Under the pieces are notes generated by a model. The model worked only from the letters and a program-made list of their open reading frames with translations, did no database searches and had not been told where the DNA came from. Below are positions 39,387-54,714 of a DNA stretch of 64,000 nucleotides, one piece after another; within the stretch, counting starts at the first letter, position 1, and the number at the start of each line of letters is the position of its first letter. This stretch comes from an uncultured bacterium. GTDB lineage: Bacteria > Patescibacteriota > Gracilibacteria > Absconditabacterales > Absconditicoccaceae. A program made the position numbers and the translations under genes. The stretch is taken from contig CAMJDC010000001.1 in assembly GCA_946404285.1 (NCBI GenBank), positions 4,068 through 68,067 of the forward strand, given 5' to 3'.

Positions 39387-39433
39387 ATTATACTCTAATC
39401 ACCAAATTTTGTCAAATTTTTAAGGACTTTTTT
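39387..39433 (-). promoter_or_regulatory. Consensus sigma70 promoter with upstream AAAAAAGTC element
   Basis: AAAAAAGTC-N9-TTGACA-N17-TATAAT. Confidence 0.75.
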
Positions 39434-39461
39434 AGTCAAATGAAATATTGAAAATATTATA

Positions 39462-41363
39462 CTATATTTTCTTCACCATATACGTTCATTTTAATTCGAA
39501 TCAAAGACTCTTATAATATTCTCTCACTCATACTCATGAAATTACTGAAAGCTGATGATAACCAAAAGATTTGGAAATATTTTCTGCAAATGATAATAAT
39601 CTCTTTCCTAATCATGTATGCTGAGTTCAGTAATTTGATTTATCTCAAATCTTTTGAAGTTCTCCATAGACATGAAGTTCCCTAATAATTGCTGTTCATT
39701 CTTCCAGTCAATCAATTCAAACTACGTCAGCATCATTGGGTAATAACAAACGAGTAAATCCATACAAATATCCCAATTCATCTTCAAATGAAATAAAGCA
39801 TTCCTGCCCTACTGAAGATTTATACCAACGCAAAACTAAATTCAATGAATCTGATTTCTTTTTTTCTATTCTATTTCTAACCTCTCTAGATCTAGTATCT
39901 AAACACACAAAATTACGAAAAGATTTTAAATCCGGCTGCGTTCAGATTATTTCTACCTCAATTTGTCATTTCGAGGCATCGCCGAGAAATCCACTTTGCA
40001 TCACATCTATGGATTTCTCACTTTCGTTCGAAATGATTTGTTTCAAAAAATACTCATCCTCACTCTCATACAATTCATAATCTCAATACAAACGTGAATA
40101 GAATTTCTCCACATCTATACTACCCTTTCAATGAAATAAATCCTTCATCTCCTTCAATAACGATTCATGTGCCATCTGAGAAAGATTTGTAATATTAGAT
40201 CCAGCAACGATTTCAGTCGCAGGGATATCACGAATCAATCTCTTTATCCTAGTATAAGGCGGAATTATATTCAAAAAAGTTTCACGAATTTCAGACAAAA
40301 TCTGCTCTGTAGTGATTGGAATGTATTTTCATTCTTTATATAAGTTATATAGCTCCGTATTTGGAATAACTGACGTCGGATAAAATTTTATTTCATCAGG
40401 TTGGAATGATGAATCAGAATAAACATCCTCAAAACTCTGAATATCTTTTTCAAAATCTGAACCATAAAGTCATGGCATCAAATGAATCGAGATTTTCAAT
40501 CCATACTGACGCATAATATATATAGCATCTTTTATTTTCTGAACATCATGTCCCCTTTTATTCAATTTCAAGACTTCATCATCAGTAGACTGAATTCACA
40601 TCTCTACTCTTGTCACTCCCAATTCACGCCAAAATTTACAATTTTCATGACTAACTAAATCTGGACGAGTCTCTATTGTCAATCAGATTATTCTATTTTT
40701 TGCTGTTTCATTACGTTTTATTGCTTCTTCCAGACTATCTGAATATCTAATTTCATCCAAATTCTGAATTTCAAAATGATATCTAGACCCGTCATTACCA
40801 CCATCTCCAAAATTCTGTTTAATCTTCAAATCAGAAAAAGTATTACATGCATCGTAAAGCTGTTTAACAAAATCTATCTTATAATCTCTAGGATAAGCAT
40901 CCCATGATCATCCTAGAATTATCATTTCAATTTTATCAGTCTGATGCCCTGTTGTTGTTAATGATTGTAAACGATTGTAAGTCTGTTTCAATGGATCAAA
41001 CTGATTCAACCATGCACGCATCGCTCCAGGTTCAGATTTTATGTAGCTTTTTGGCATTCATGGATCATTAGGACAAAATATACATTGTCCAGGACATGGC
41101 CACGGCTTAGTCAGAACTTGAACAGGCACAATTCACGATAATGAACGAATTGCTCTTTTACGAAGCAAGGTTTCAAAAGTCTGATTTTTCTCTAATTTTC
41201 ACTCTTTCACTGCAACAAAGTACGACTGCAATATCTGCGATTTAGATGGTAAATCTTTCATTTTTTTCTCTTTTGCAAAAGCACGCTGCATATCTTTGAT
41301 TTCATCTGCAGTTATATCTGGAATTTTATCATATATAGCTTTTACAAGTGGAAAAAAATCCAT
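39462..41363 (-). CDS. elp3: Elp3-family tRNA U34 acetyltransferase (radical SAM + KAT)
   Basis: RSLSGI, PWPCPGQCIFCP, ETRPD, GVTRVEMGIQ, RLIRDIP, IRELHVYG, QHTGLG, ISGVGVREYY. Confidence 0.92.
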
Positions 41364-41527
41364 CAATTAATAACAAAATAAACAAGAACCATAATAGTGA
41401 TTCTCCAATAAGTTTCAATGATTTATGATTACAAAGGCACAAAACAAAAAAACAAAATTTGTCTTGCTTTTTTATATCAGAAAAGCACACTATACGTTAT
41501 GAAAATTTTTATTAAAATTCTACGAAA

Positions 41528-42580
41528 ATGCTAGGGAAGTTAACTTTAATTCTAAGTTTCACACTCGCTACTTTCATAATAACAATAGCCTTATATCCAT
41601 TATATATCAAATTACTCAAAAAATGGAAAGCTGGTAAAACCATACGTAATAATACAGCGACATGAGAAAAATCTGAAATTTTTGCTAAATTACACGAGCA
41701 CAAAGCATGAACTCCTACAATGTGATGATGACTATTCATTCTTATGATGCTAATAATGATTGGAATATCATTCATATTACAAAAATGTGGAATAATCAAC
41801 TATAGCCTATGGAACAGAGAAGAAACCTACATAATCCTATTCTGATTTTTCAGTATGTGATTAATCTGACTAATCGATGACATACTAAATATTCGTAATG
41901 TATGAAAAGTTAAAGGACTGAACATGAGAACTAAAATGTTTGGATTAATCCTTTTTTCTGCATGGATTTCTTATTGGTTTTACCACGTACTATGAATAGA
42001 TTATATAAATCTTTCTCCTCTATTCTGAATTGTTCATTTATGATGGTGATTTCCTATACTTACATTTATCGCCACAATATTCATTGTTAATGCAGTAAAT
42101 ATCACAGACTGACTTGATTGATTAGCTGGATGATTAAACATTTTTGTACTATTAACATTTGCCGTTGCATTATTCATTTCACAAAGATATTTAGCTACTA
42201 CTGTGTTATGAATATGCGTAGCAACATTAGTTGCCTTCATGTTCTTTAATATAAATCCTGCAAAAATTTTTATGGGAGATAGTTGAGCATTTGCTTTATG
42301 ATGAATAATCGCTGCTACTTCCTACTTATTAAATATGAGTATCTGAATTTTTATACCTGCATTTATCGTATTCATAATATTCTCGATTGATTTGTGCACA
42401 AGTGGATTACAAATGTTTTGGAAAAAAGTCTTTCATCATAAATTATTTCCAATAGCTCCATTCCACCATTATCTGGAATATAGATGAGTTAAAGAATATA
42501 CTATCGTAATGTACATGCGATTAATTCAAACTATATTAACCGTAGTTGCCATCATAACACTATTCCGACAATATATGTAA
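41528..42580 (+). CDS. mraY: Phospho-MurNAc-pentapeptide transferase
   Basis: KAGTPTMGG, IGLIDG, NAVNITDGLDGLA, FNINPAKIFMGDSG, APFHHYLE. Confidence 0.95.
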
Positions 42581-42666
42581 TTATAATAAAAATAACACAA
42601 GAAAAGACAAAACAAAAAAAATAAACTAAAAAATTTGACTTTTATCCATGTCTTTTCTACCAAACC

Positions 42667-44265
42667 ATGAAAATTTTAACATCTCGATGGTGAAATATTA
42701 AATCAAAACCTACAAATTACCGAATTGCCTTGCTTTGTAAAATATTTGTAATTGGACTACTTCTCCAATTTTTCCTACAAACATTCATAACATTCAAACT
42801 TGGTCGAGATGGAAAATTCTGGACGCTATTCCGAATGTGGAAAGAATTTATATTATTAGTATTCGTTATAATTTTACTACGATATATTTTATCACACACC
42901 AAAGAATGGGTAAATAAAATAAAAAATAAAGAAAACTCTGAACATATTACACGAAAAATTATACGAAAAAGTGCAAAATCCGAATTTATAATCCAATTTA
43001 TTTTAATTTTCCTAACTACTTTAGCAATATTCTTTCTTCTAGCCATTTGAATTCAACATGTCGGATTATGAGCTTTCTTCCTAAGTTTCAAATACGATAT
43101 GCTATGATTTTTCATATTCTGAATCTGAGTTTGTCTAGCTTTATTATTTTTTAATGAAAAAGATAAAAATATTCTGAAATTATACGAAAATTTAATACTT
43201 TGTTGTATTCGATGATGATTACTCTGGCGATTTGCTGTTCGATTAATGCCAAATGCTCTCAAACTTTTTGGATACAATCCCCAAATTTATGAATGAACCG
43301 TATGACAAAATCCACCTGCAGCATATTACACATTAATCAATAAATGACACGTAAGAAACCAATTTCTATTTGAAAGACCTACAAGTTTCGGATTCTGGTT
43401 AATTGCATTTTTCCCTGTATTTGTACTTGGATATCTAAGAAAGAAAAAACGAAATGAACAAATTCTACCAATATTATTTTTCTGACTTCTTATTCTTTCC
43501 ACTCGATCCCGTGCATGAATGGTCGTACGAGCCTTAGAAGCTATAATTCTTTTCTTTATAATATACCGAAAAAGTGTTAAAAAACATTTCACACGATTAT
43601 GTATATTCTTTGCCATATGTTTATGATGCCTAGCATATTTATGAAGATGAATCATGGTAAGAGAACACTCAAATACCGGGCATTTAGTACTAATGCAAGC
43701 ATGATTTAATCTTGCAAAAAATAATCTAGCACTTTGACGATGAGCATGATATGCATGACCAGCTTCCCATCAATTATGTTTTACAGATGAACCAGTAGAC
43801 GTATATGCAGACATTAAATCCATAAACTTGAATAACCCACGCTGTCAAACAATTAGAGAAATCAACTTAGAATACCAAATTTCCACATACTGATTTAATC
43901 CTGAAAACCAATACTTACAAATCTTCATAGAATACGGTTTTATTGGGACTATTTTCCGAATACTATTGTGTATAATGATAATACGATACACTCGGATAAA
44001 CATAAAAAATTACAATAAAAAAGTAAAATCTCCATACCAAGAATATTTATATTATTGCTTAATCTGATTTGAAATCTGATTTATTTGACTATGTATCGAA
44101 TGATTGGTACTTCATTCATTAGTTGATAGAATGATTGTTTATCCTTTCTTCCTATTGTATGGTATCACTTTATGACTACGAGAAAAAGAAAAGAATAAAA
44201 CATATATCCCTCCAATACCTCCTCAAAAAAAGAAGAAAAAATCTAAATCTAAACGCAAAAAATAA
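42667..44265 (+). CDS. O-antigen ligase/Wzy-like polytopic membrane protein
   Basis: Multiple TMs; S.AG; HSNTGH...G.GAG.AGPAS; PENQYLQIFIEYG. Confidence 0.8.
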
Positions 44266-44396
44266 TTCATATTCAAAGAATATCATACCAATTTATTTTT
44301 ATTGCAATAAATAGAGTTTTTATTATATTTAATAAGCTGTGATAATATTTACCAAAAATATACATAAAAAACATAATTTACATTCAAAAATAATAA

Positions 44397-46469
<2,073 letters not shown>

Positions 46470-46494
46470 TATTTTATCCATGAAATAAATATTC

Positions 46495-47382
46495 ATGAAA
46501 AGCATACTTGCTCTAGATCGATATACAAATAAATATTTGAATATTAACAAAGTTTCTCCTGAAATTTTGGAAAATTTGAAGGTGTGAGATAAAATCGTTT
46601 ATGAACAGCCCGATCCAAAAACTGGAGCCATGAAACTTTCAATCTGAACTATAATTTCGTGAGGAGTACAGTCTGGGGATAAAGATAAGAATTTCTTTTC
46701 TGCTGATTTCGTGAGAATGCTTGAGGGAAAGGAAGAAGAAGAATTTAATACTCAGCAAGAAATTGCGTTAAAGATATTTCCAACGTTTAAGAGAGAATTC
46801 CAAGAAGAATTTCCAAATTCTGTACCTATAACAGCAAGATTTCAGATTTTTTCTGATCAGCTTTATTTTTTCTTTTATTCAGAGGAAAGGTATGTATTCA
46901 CAGAATTTGTAAAAAAATTCAGAGAAAAATTGTGAAAGAATATGTTCTTATTCCAGGTATGAGCCAGAGATATGATGAGAATGTCTCCATGAGCTGATGG
47001 AATGATGTGTAGCTCTGGACAATGTCTATGTTGTAAAACTTGTACAATGTTGCCTAATATAGAAATTGAAAGCGTAGTTATGCAAAATCTGGAATGAAGA
47101 GATATCGAAAGATTAAAATGAAAATGCTGAAAACTGAAATGCTGTCTGCTATATGAATTGGATTTGTATGTAAGTGAGAGTAAAAAATTTCCACGCAAAG
47201 GTTCTAAAATTGATATGGCAGGACTTCGTGAAAGAAGATCTGATGAAAGTGGAGATAATACCTGAATAGTTGCTTCTTATAATATCATCACTCAAGACGT
47301 GAATATTAAAACTAACGATGGATTTATTAGAATTCCTGTGGAAAAATTGAAAGGAAAAGTAAAAAAAGATGAAGACAATTAA
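46495..47382 (+). CDS. PSP1/RicT (YaaT)-family Fe-S protein
   Basis: FFFYSEERYVF, QVGARD, CLCC, QNL, GKCGKLKCCLLYE. Confidence 0.85.
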
Positions 47383-47471
47383 ACAACATGAAAAACTAAA
47401 GATATTGACTATCTTAAGGAGATTAGTATAATATACACAAGAAAGTAATCTTTAATCAGTTTAAAGTTTAA

Positions 47472-48470
47472 ATGAGACAAATTTTAGTTCAAATTTGGGC
47501 TGCATTAACAGCCATCCTAGTTCTTGTCATTATTATACGAATAATAAAACGAATTTTATCAAAATTATGAATTTTATTATGAAAGATTTTTTCTGGTTTT
47601 AAAGAAAAAATTAAGAAAAAACAGATAAAGAAAGACCTAAAAGAGAAGAAAGAATCGATAATTAATCCAAACACTGAAGATTCTAATACAAATGAAGAAT
47701 TCCAAGAAGTAATAGAAACTGCCATTGCAGAAAAGAACGAAGAAGAAAAAAATGGAGAAAATGCCGAAAACAATAAAACATGAGAAGAAAAGAAAACATC
47801 AAAAGATGAGAAATCTAAAGAATCAGCAAAAAATACAGACAATTCATCTCAAATATTCGATGAAAATACTCCATTAGAATCGCCAAATGAAAAAGTATTA
47901 GATGAAAAAGAAAAGAAACAAATAAGCAGAATCATATTAGAAGCTAATAGCCTAAAAGACTGATGAAAATACGAAGAATACGAGAAAAAAATTACTGAAT
48001 GATTAGCTATAGACCCTACAAATTTAGAGCTAACTCAAATGCTAGCAGATTACTACTTTGTAACTTGAAGTTATAAAAAAGCATTAGCTTTACTCAAAAA
48101 AATAGTTGAACGATCTCCAGAAGATCATAAATCATTACGACAAATTTGAGAAATCTATTTTATCAATGGAGACAATTGAACTGCTGAATTATTAATTGAT
48201 AAAGCTGTAAACCTAAAACCTGACAATCCAAAATATAATCTAAGTTTAGTAGAAATATATTATAATACTGACAGAATTATGGAGGCTATTTCTTGTATGG
48301 AAAAAGTAATAAAACTCAGACCTACAAATACAAATTATCTTTTCACTTTGGCAATGCTTTATGAAGAGATTGGAGATATAGCAAACGCTAAAAAGAATTA
48401 TTATACAATTCTTGAATTCGAACCAAGTAATGACAAAGCAAAGAAAAAATTAAGGCAACTCTCTGACTAG
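47472..48470 (+). CDS. Membrane-anchored TPR protein
   Basis: N-terminal TM, acidic linker, TPR repeats (AIDP.N, KAV.LKPDN, LEFEPSN). Confidence 0.85.
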
Positions 48471-48475
48471 AATCA

Positions 48476-49912
48476 TTATTTCGTATTTTGTTCAACTTCA
48501 TATATAACAATTACTCACATAGGTTCTCAATGATATGATATCAAGAATCTATGTTTTAGTATTCATGGATAATTTGGACGAGGATTAGTTATTTCAACAA
48601 CTGAACAATCTTCAATAAAAATATCTGAAAGCTTTATTCAATTTACATCTCAGCGATTTGTTCTATCAATTTTCCCATCCTTTTTGAATGAATTCAGATA
48701 TGACTCTTTCATTGAATATCTAAAATTATACTTTTTATACAACATATGAAGTGCAACATACATTATCTCAGCTGGTTGTATAATTTCAGATTTAATTGTA
48801 TCAATAAACAATGGGAATTTGGATCATACTATTTTTTCCCTTTCCTGCGGATTATTTATCCAATCATTATATTCTTTATTTAACAACAATTTATTTTCTT
48901 TATCTCAATGTGTAATGTGCTTTGAAAACTCTCAATTAACCGAAAGAATTATAAAATTATTTTGTGGCATTCATCAGTTAATCCTTTTTATAAGATAAGA
49001 TTCTATAACAGCTTCTTTTATTTTTTCACCTTTTGTGGAACAAGTAGTAAATTGCATAGGAATAATCTGATAAGATTGATTACGAGTTTTCTTAATAATA
49101 AATTCCATATCCGTCTTTTTTTCTGTATCATCTTTATATCCTGCTAATATAAGATATGAACTTTCTATTCAGATTTTTTCTCTTATTTGATTTTCTAATC
49201 TAATAGCTATTTCCGCAAAAATATTTTCACTTAATGCTCAAATATTCTTAATTTTTTGTAACCTCTCTCACAACAAATATTGATATGTCGAAGCTGTATA
49301 TGCAACTATTTGCTGAAGATACATCAATACTTCTCTTGCAGGTCATTGAACCATTTCTTCAAGTTTTTTTCTTTCATTATCCAATGTATTTGGAATTAAT
49401 GGATTTCATTGTCCTGAAATAGCAAAAGCAAAAAAGATATAGATATCCTTAATTTTCGAAATATCTTGTCATTCTATATAAATCTTGTCAATCATTGGTA
49501 TAAATCCGTGAGTTGCACAAAAACTTATAAAACTATTCAAATTATCTATAGTGATTCATAGTCCATATTTACATTTAAACTGCGTTACAAGTCTTTTTTC
49601 TCATCATAATTTTCTAGAATAACTTATGATATCTCAAACAATAGCTCTCTTTACAAAAAGATCTGATTTTTCTTCAAGAATATCCTTAATATCATCATAT
49701 TCAGTTTTTGGCTCTTGTTCCTCAATCTCCACTCAAATATTTTCATCACCATATTCATTTTTTAGTTTCTGTTTCTCAATCTCCACTCAGGAAATATTTT
49801 CATCATCATATCTTTCAAGTGCCCTACCAATTTTCTTAGAAATATTATAAGCTTGAGTTTTCAAAAACTTCTTTCAATCACTACCTTCATATTTATTTGG
49901 GGACTTTTTCAT
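48476..49912 (-). CDS. Hypothetical protein (478 aa), possible PD-(D/E)xK-like fold
   Basis: Long ORF with TGA=Gly; GALSE...DD...KTD...MQFTT. Confidence 0.7.
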
Positions 49913-50086
49913 CAGATGAAAAAATAAAGTCTAAATTGTCATCTACAATATAATTATTATTTAAGTTAAGTCAAGTCGTTAATATGTAATTATGTGTGTA
50001 GTCAATCTAACTATAACTTACAATTTGCAATTTTATAATTAAATTATAAATTAAAATTAGATTTTTATTCTTTTACCAAATAACAA

Positions 50087-50902
50087 ATGGCTATATCACT
50101 CGTTTATATGGTTGCATGAATGTCTTCACGTTTTGGATGAAGGATTAAACAATTTGCAAAAGTCTGACCAAACGATACGACTTTGATAGAATATTCGCTA
50201 AGTCAGGCTTTACCTGCATGATTTGATCAAATAGTTTTCATAGTATGAAATATGACTGAGTGACCTTTCAAAGAAATGTTCGGAGATGAATATAAATGAG
50301 TGCCTGTAAAATACGCAAAACAGACTTTTGACCCAGAAAATCGTGATAGACCTTGGGGAACTGTAGATGCAGTTTGTAGTGCTTTGGACTGTATTGACTG
50401 ACCTTTTGTTGTTTGTAATGGAGACGATATTTATGGAAAAAATTCTTTCAAAATTCTATATGACCATTTAAAGAATGATCCGGATGAACTTTGTACTTTA
50501 GGTTATATTCTCTGAAATGTAATTCCTGAAGTTTGAAGTACTAATAGATGAATTTTTACGGTAGAAGACTGATATGTGGAGAATATCAACGAAACGATTT
50601 GAATTGAAAAAAATAAGTTATGAGAATTCTGATTAACTTTGGATGATTTGTGTAGTATGAATATTTTTGGACTGAATAGAGAGACTTTGGAAAGTCTAAA
50701 CGAAATTCTGACTAATTTCAAAAAAGAGCATGAATGAGATAAAAGAGTTGAATGCTATTTACCTGTAGAATTGACTAATATTATCAAAAATAATTGAGTG
50801 AAAATGAGAATTTATTCTACTCCTGACCAATGGTTTGGAGTAACTAATCCAGATGATGAAGCTATAGTAAAAAAGCAAATTGAAGAGTATGAGAAATTGT
50901 AG
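50087..50902 (+). CDS. Sugar-phosphate nucleotidyltransferase family protein
   Basis: MVAGMSSRFGG.IKQ..VGP, RPWGT, VCNGDDIYG, WFGVT. Confidence 0.88.
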
Positions 50903-50903
50903 T

Positions 50904-51164
50904 TTATTTTCTGTTTTTAAATAATCATTTTATTTTAGACCAAATTCGTAAATCAAATTTTCAAGTAAAAATATATCTTAAAGCTCATATGATAACATCA
51001 AATATAATCGTTCATATAAGAATTCCTAAAGAATAAACTAATAACCAAACTCAACGTCGAGCCCATGATTCTCGTCTCATATCATAAACCATACAACATA
51101 CTGTAATGAGTATAGCAATTACATAAAGAACATTTAATAATCTCATATATCGGTGGGACTTCAT
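50904..51164 (-). CDS. Small membrane protein
   Basis: 86-aa hydrophobic ORF with two TMs. Confidence 0.55.
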
Positions 51165-51234
51165 TGTTTATTATTACAAAAAATAAATTAATTTTCTTAT
51201 ATATTATAAATATTGGAAAACAAGGGGAACTGTA

Positions 51235-51426
51235 TTATTCATCCATAAAAACATCCTCAATCTTAGCTCAAAAGACTTTTGAAATATCAAAAGCTAGTTT
51301 TAGAGATGGATTATATTTTCACATTTCCAAAAAAACTATAGTTTCTCTCCTAACTCAGACTTTATTAGCCAATTCTTGCTGAGTGAGATTATGTTTTGCT
51401 CTTAATTCTTTAATTCTATTCTTCAT
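51235..51426 (-). CDS. XRE-family HTH regulator
   Basis: [41 protein letters not shown]. Confidence 0.92.
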
Positions 51427-51441
51427 GCTAATTATTTAATA

Positions 51442-51834
51442 TTAAAGTCATGTTTTTCCTGGATGGCGAAGATAATATGCATAAGATCATCGCACAATGA
51501 ACAACATAAAATATGTAGAATATAATAAAACATCTGATGATTTAACTCAATCCAAAAAGTTAAAAAATGCATTGGCTACAAAAACTACTCATAAAGTTAA
51601 AATATAAATCTGAGCAGTTAAAGCTAATGCTGTATATCATGCTTTTTTTGTCATTTCATCTTTTTGTTTTTTACCATTTGTAGTAAGCAATGTTCAAAGC
51701 ATCCAGCACCCAGCAAAACATGTTGCAAAGCTAGCTACAAATGTCTCTCATTTAGAGAAAAGTGCAAGAGATATTCATCACATCAATAAACATCCAGATA
51801 GAATTAAGTTTCTGATTTTTTTAGATTTAGTCAT
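51442..51834 (-). CDS. 4-TM membrane protein (DUF2178-like)
   Basis: KDEMTKK..Y.A motif between TMs; paired with the XRE gene. Confidence 0.65.
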
Positions 51835-51914
51835 TTTTTATGATTTAATGTTAAAAATATATAACAAAATGTTATATATACATAACATATCAAAATTCAA
51901 GGGATTTTAAAAAC

Positions 51915-52163
51915 TTATTTCACAGACTTTTTAGCATAAGGACAAGTAGCTGAAACTTGGTATCATTTTGCAGTTAAGTAAGTTATTGCCTTTTCTACTA
52001 ATTCACTACCAATCCCCTGCCCTCTGAGTGAATCATCCACAAACGTATGAGAAATATTGTATGTCTTCTCATCTACTTTCTCAAAATCAATCTCCGCCAG
52101 AATCTTTCAGTTCTCGTCTGGTAAATAAATTCTATTTTCTTCTATAATATAGTTTCTATTCAT
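51915..52163 (-). CDS. Small GNAT (YjdJ-like)
   Basis: ISHTFVDDSLRGQGIGSELV, TCPYA. Confidence 0.9.
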
Positions 52164-52188
52164 TAGAAATAATGAAAAATAAATCTGA

Positions 52189-52953
52189 TTAACTATCAGC
52201 TTTCATTCTACTGAAAGTATATCATCATACGAACGTGAATATAATCATTAAGACTAGCAAAACTCCAGCTGTCATTCACATTCAGAAGAATGAATTTCAA
52301 GTGAGAGCTCGCCTCATTCCATCTACTCAATATGCTAATGGGTCAAATCTTGCCACTCGCTGTAACCAAGTGGCAGCTGTATCGAGTGGATACATCGCTC
52401 ATGAAAGCATCATTAAAGGCATGATTAAGAAGTTATTTATCAATTGAAATCACTGAAAATCTGGGATTAATGACGCGATAATAATTCATAACGCTGCGAA
52501 TAAGATTGAGACTCAAATCATGAATAGGATTGCGACGATTAGTCATCATATTCCTGGAAAATCAATTCATCCGAATAGTAGCATGATAACGAGTAGCATT
52601 AATCATTGCAGGAATCATGTAGTCGCTCATCAGAGAGTTCTTCCTATCATTATGTAGATTCTCCTATTTGGAGAAACTAAATATTCTTTTATAAATCAGA
52701 ATTCTTTATCTCGGATAATATCGATTCATGAGGAAAGCGACCCCATCATGGTATTGATTGCAATAATCCCAGCTGCTAAGAATCACATGTAATTCTCCTG
52801 CCCTGCCGCTTCAAAGATTCCTGAGAATCATGCAGACAAAGCAAAAAGCATAATTAAAGGCTGACAGATTGTTCAGATTAATCTAGCTTTTTGTCTAAAA
52901 AATCTTTTTACCTGTCTCCATCGTAGAATGTATATTACTCTTAGATTTTTCAT
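52189..52953 (-). CDS. ABC-2 exporter permease
   Basis: IYILWWRQ, IIWDKEFGFIKEYLVSP, LSGAMYPL, DPLAYGVDGMR. Confidence 0.9.
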
Positions 52954-52965
52954 ATTTTTATAATA

Positions 52966-53364
52966 TTATAATAAATTAAGATTAATTGCTAATTGTTTAC
53001 AATCCTTGTAAGGATTTGAATCTACACCATAACGCAGTCAAATATCATCCAATCTTTCCTTTACAGTAACTTGTTTTCAATCCTGAAGGACTTGTAAATC
53101 AGCGGTATTTAATAAATCCAATTCTTCTGAATGATATTTACAATCCACACATCAATGATAATAAACTTCTTGCCAATATTTATAATCTGACCTTTTCAAT
53201 ATTTCTCATCACCTTTCAGCGTGATCCGCCATATATCCAAATTGTTTACCTATATCGTGTAAATATCAGAGTATAAACATATCATTTGCGTAATCTTGAT
53301 TTCATGTTTTTTCTAATGCTATTTTTTGCATAACTTTTCATACTGTGATTGAATGATTATTCAT
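52966..53364 (-). CDS. HD-domain protein, copy A
   Basis: HS..V, YLHDIGK, DHAE.G, YHG, TADL. Confidence 0.82.
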
Positions 53365-53388
53365 TGTTGTAACATTATATATATTTAT

Positions 53389-53787
53389 TTAAATTAAATT
53401 GTATCTCTTCGCCAAAGTTTCGTAATTTTTATAAGGAGCTGAATCAAATCCACAGTTATTTCAAATTTCTTCTAATCTTTCTTGGACAGAGACATGTCTT
53501 CAATCTAATAAAACTTGTAAATCTGCGATATCTAGCAAATCTAATTCTGGAGAAGAATACTCAACAACAGCAAATCCGTGATAATAAACTTCTTGCCAAT
53601 ATTTATAATCTGACCTTTTCAAAATTTCTCATCACCTTTCAGCGTGATCCGCCATATATCCAAATTGTTTACCTATATCGTGTAAATATCAGAGTATAAA
53701 CATATCATTTGCATAATCTTGATTTCATGTTTTTTCTAATGCCATTTTTTGCATTACTTTTCATACTGTGATTGAATGGTCGTTCAT
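53389..53787 (-). CDS. HD-domain protein, copy B
   Basis: Same motifs; 5' about 210 nt near-identical to copy A at a 423-bp offset. Confidence 0.82.
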
Positions 53788-53811
53788 GTATAGATAGTCA
53801 TAAAAGTAAAA

Positions 53812-54618
53812 TTAACCTCTTCTCTTTGCCTGGACTCTGGCTCTAATTCATTCACTTTCTGAAACTAATTCTTCACGAATATCTCTTCATGTGAGCTCTA
53901 GGAATACATCGTCCAAAGTTTTCTTTTTAGTCTGTTTTTTAAGTTCATCTATAGTTCAAATCGCTTGAATCTCTCCGTGGTCGATTATCGCGATTCTATC
54001 AGCAACTTTTTCTACTTCGTCCATATAGTGAGTAGTGATAAATATCGTCAGTCACTGTTCTTCATTTAATTTTTTGAGATAATCCCAAATATGAATTCTA
54101 CTCTGTGGGTCCAGTCAAACTGTTGGCTCATCTAAGAATAGAATTTTTGGATGATGCAAAAGTCATCTCGCCACTTCCAATCTCCTTTTCATTCATCATG
54201 AATACTGTTTCACAACTTTATCTTTAAATTCTCGTAGTTCCACGAATTTCATCAAATGTTCTATTTCAGAATTAATTTGATTATTTTTAACTCAGTAAAG
54301 CATTGCGTGAAAGTACATATTCTCCCATCCAGTCAGCTCATCGTCCAGACTAGATTCTTGAAAAACTATTCAGAATGTATTTCTGACTGCATGTTGATTA
54401 CTCAAGTCGTTTCAATCTACTTTCACATTTCATGAAGTTTTATCAATCATCGTAGTGAGAATTTTGATAGTTGTGGACTTCCCTGCTCCGTTTGGTCCAA
54501 GAAATCCAAAAATTTCTCACTTCTTCACGTCAAAAGTGATTCATTTCACAGCTTCAAAATCTCCATACTTTTTCTTCAGATTTTTTATTTCTATGATATT
54601 GTCCGATTTAGTTGGCAT
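53812..54618 (-). CDS. ABC exporter ATP-binding subunit (DrrA-like)
   Basis: GPNGAGKST, YSGGMKRRLE, FLDEPTVGLDPQSR, TTHYMDE. Confidence 0.95.
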
Positions 54619-54714
54619 AATAATTTTGAAAAGATAAATTCAAATCTATTTTACGATAAAAAAATTGCCACTTTTTTCAAGCGACAATCCTCAATTATTA
54701 TAGTTATTTACAAT

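Noticed and set aside
41499-41534. Upstream ATG as the mraY start
   Set aside because: That frame hits TAG after 11 codons; the MraY frame starts at 41528
53155-53787. Direct repeat as IS ends or a DGR template/variable pair
   Set aside because: Both copies are intact HD ORFs; no transposase or reverse transcriptase nearby; the few differences look mostly synonymous
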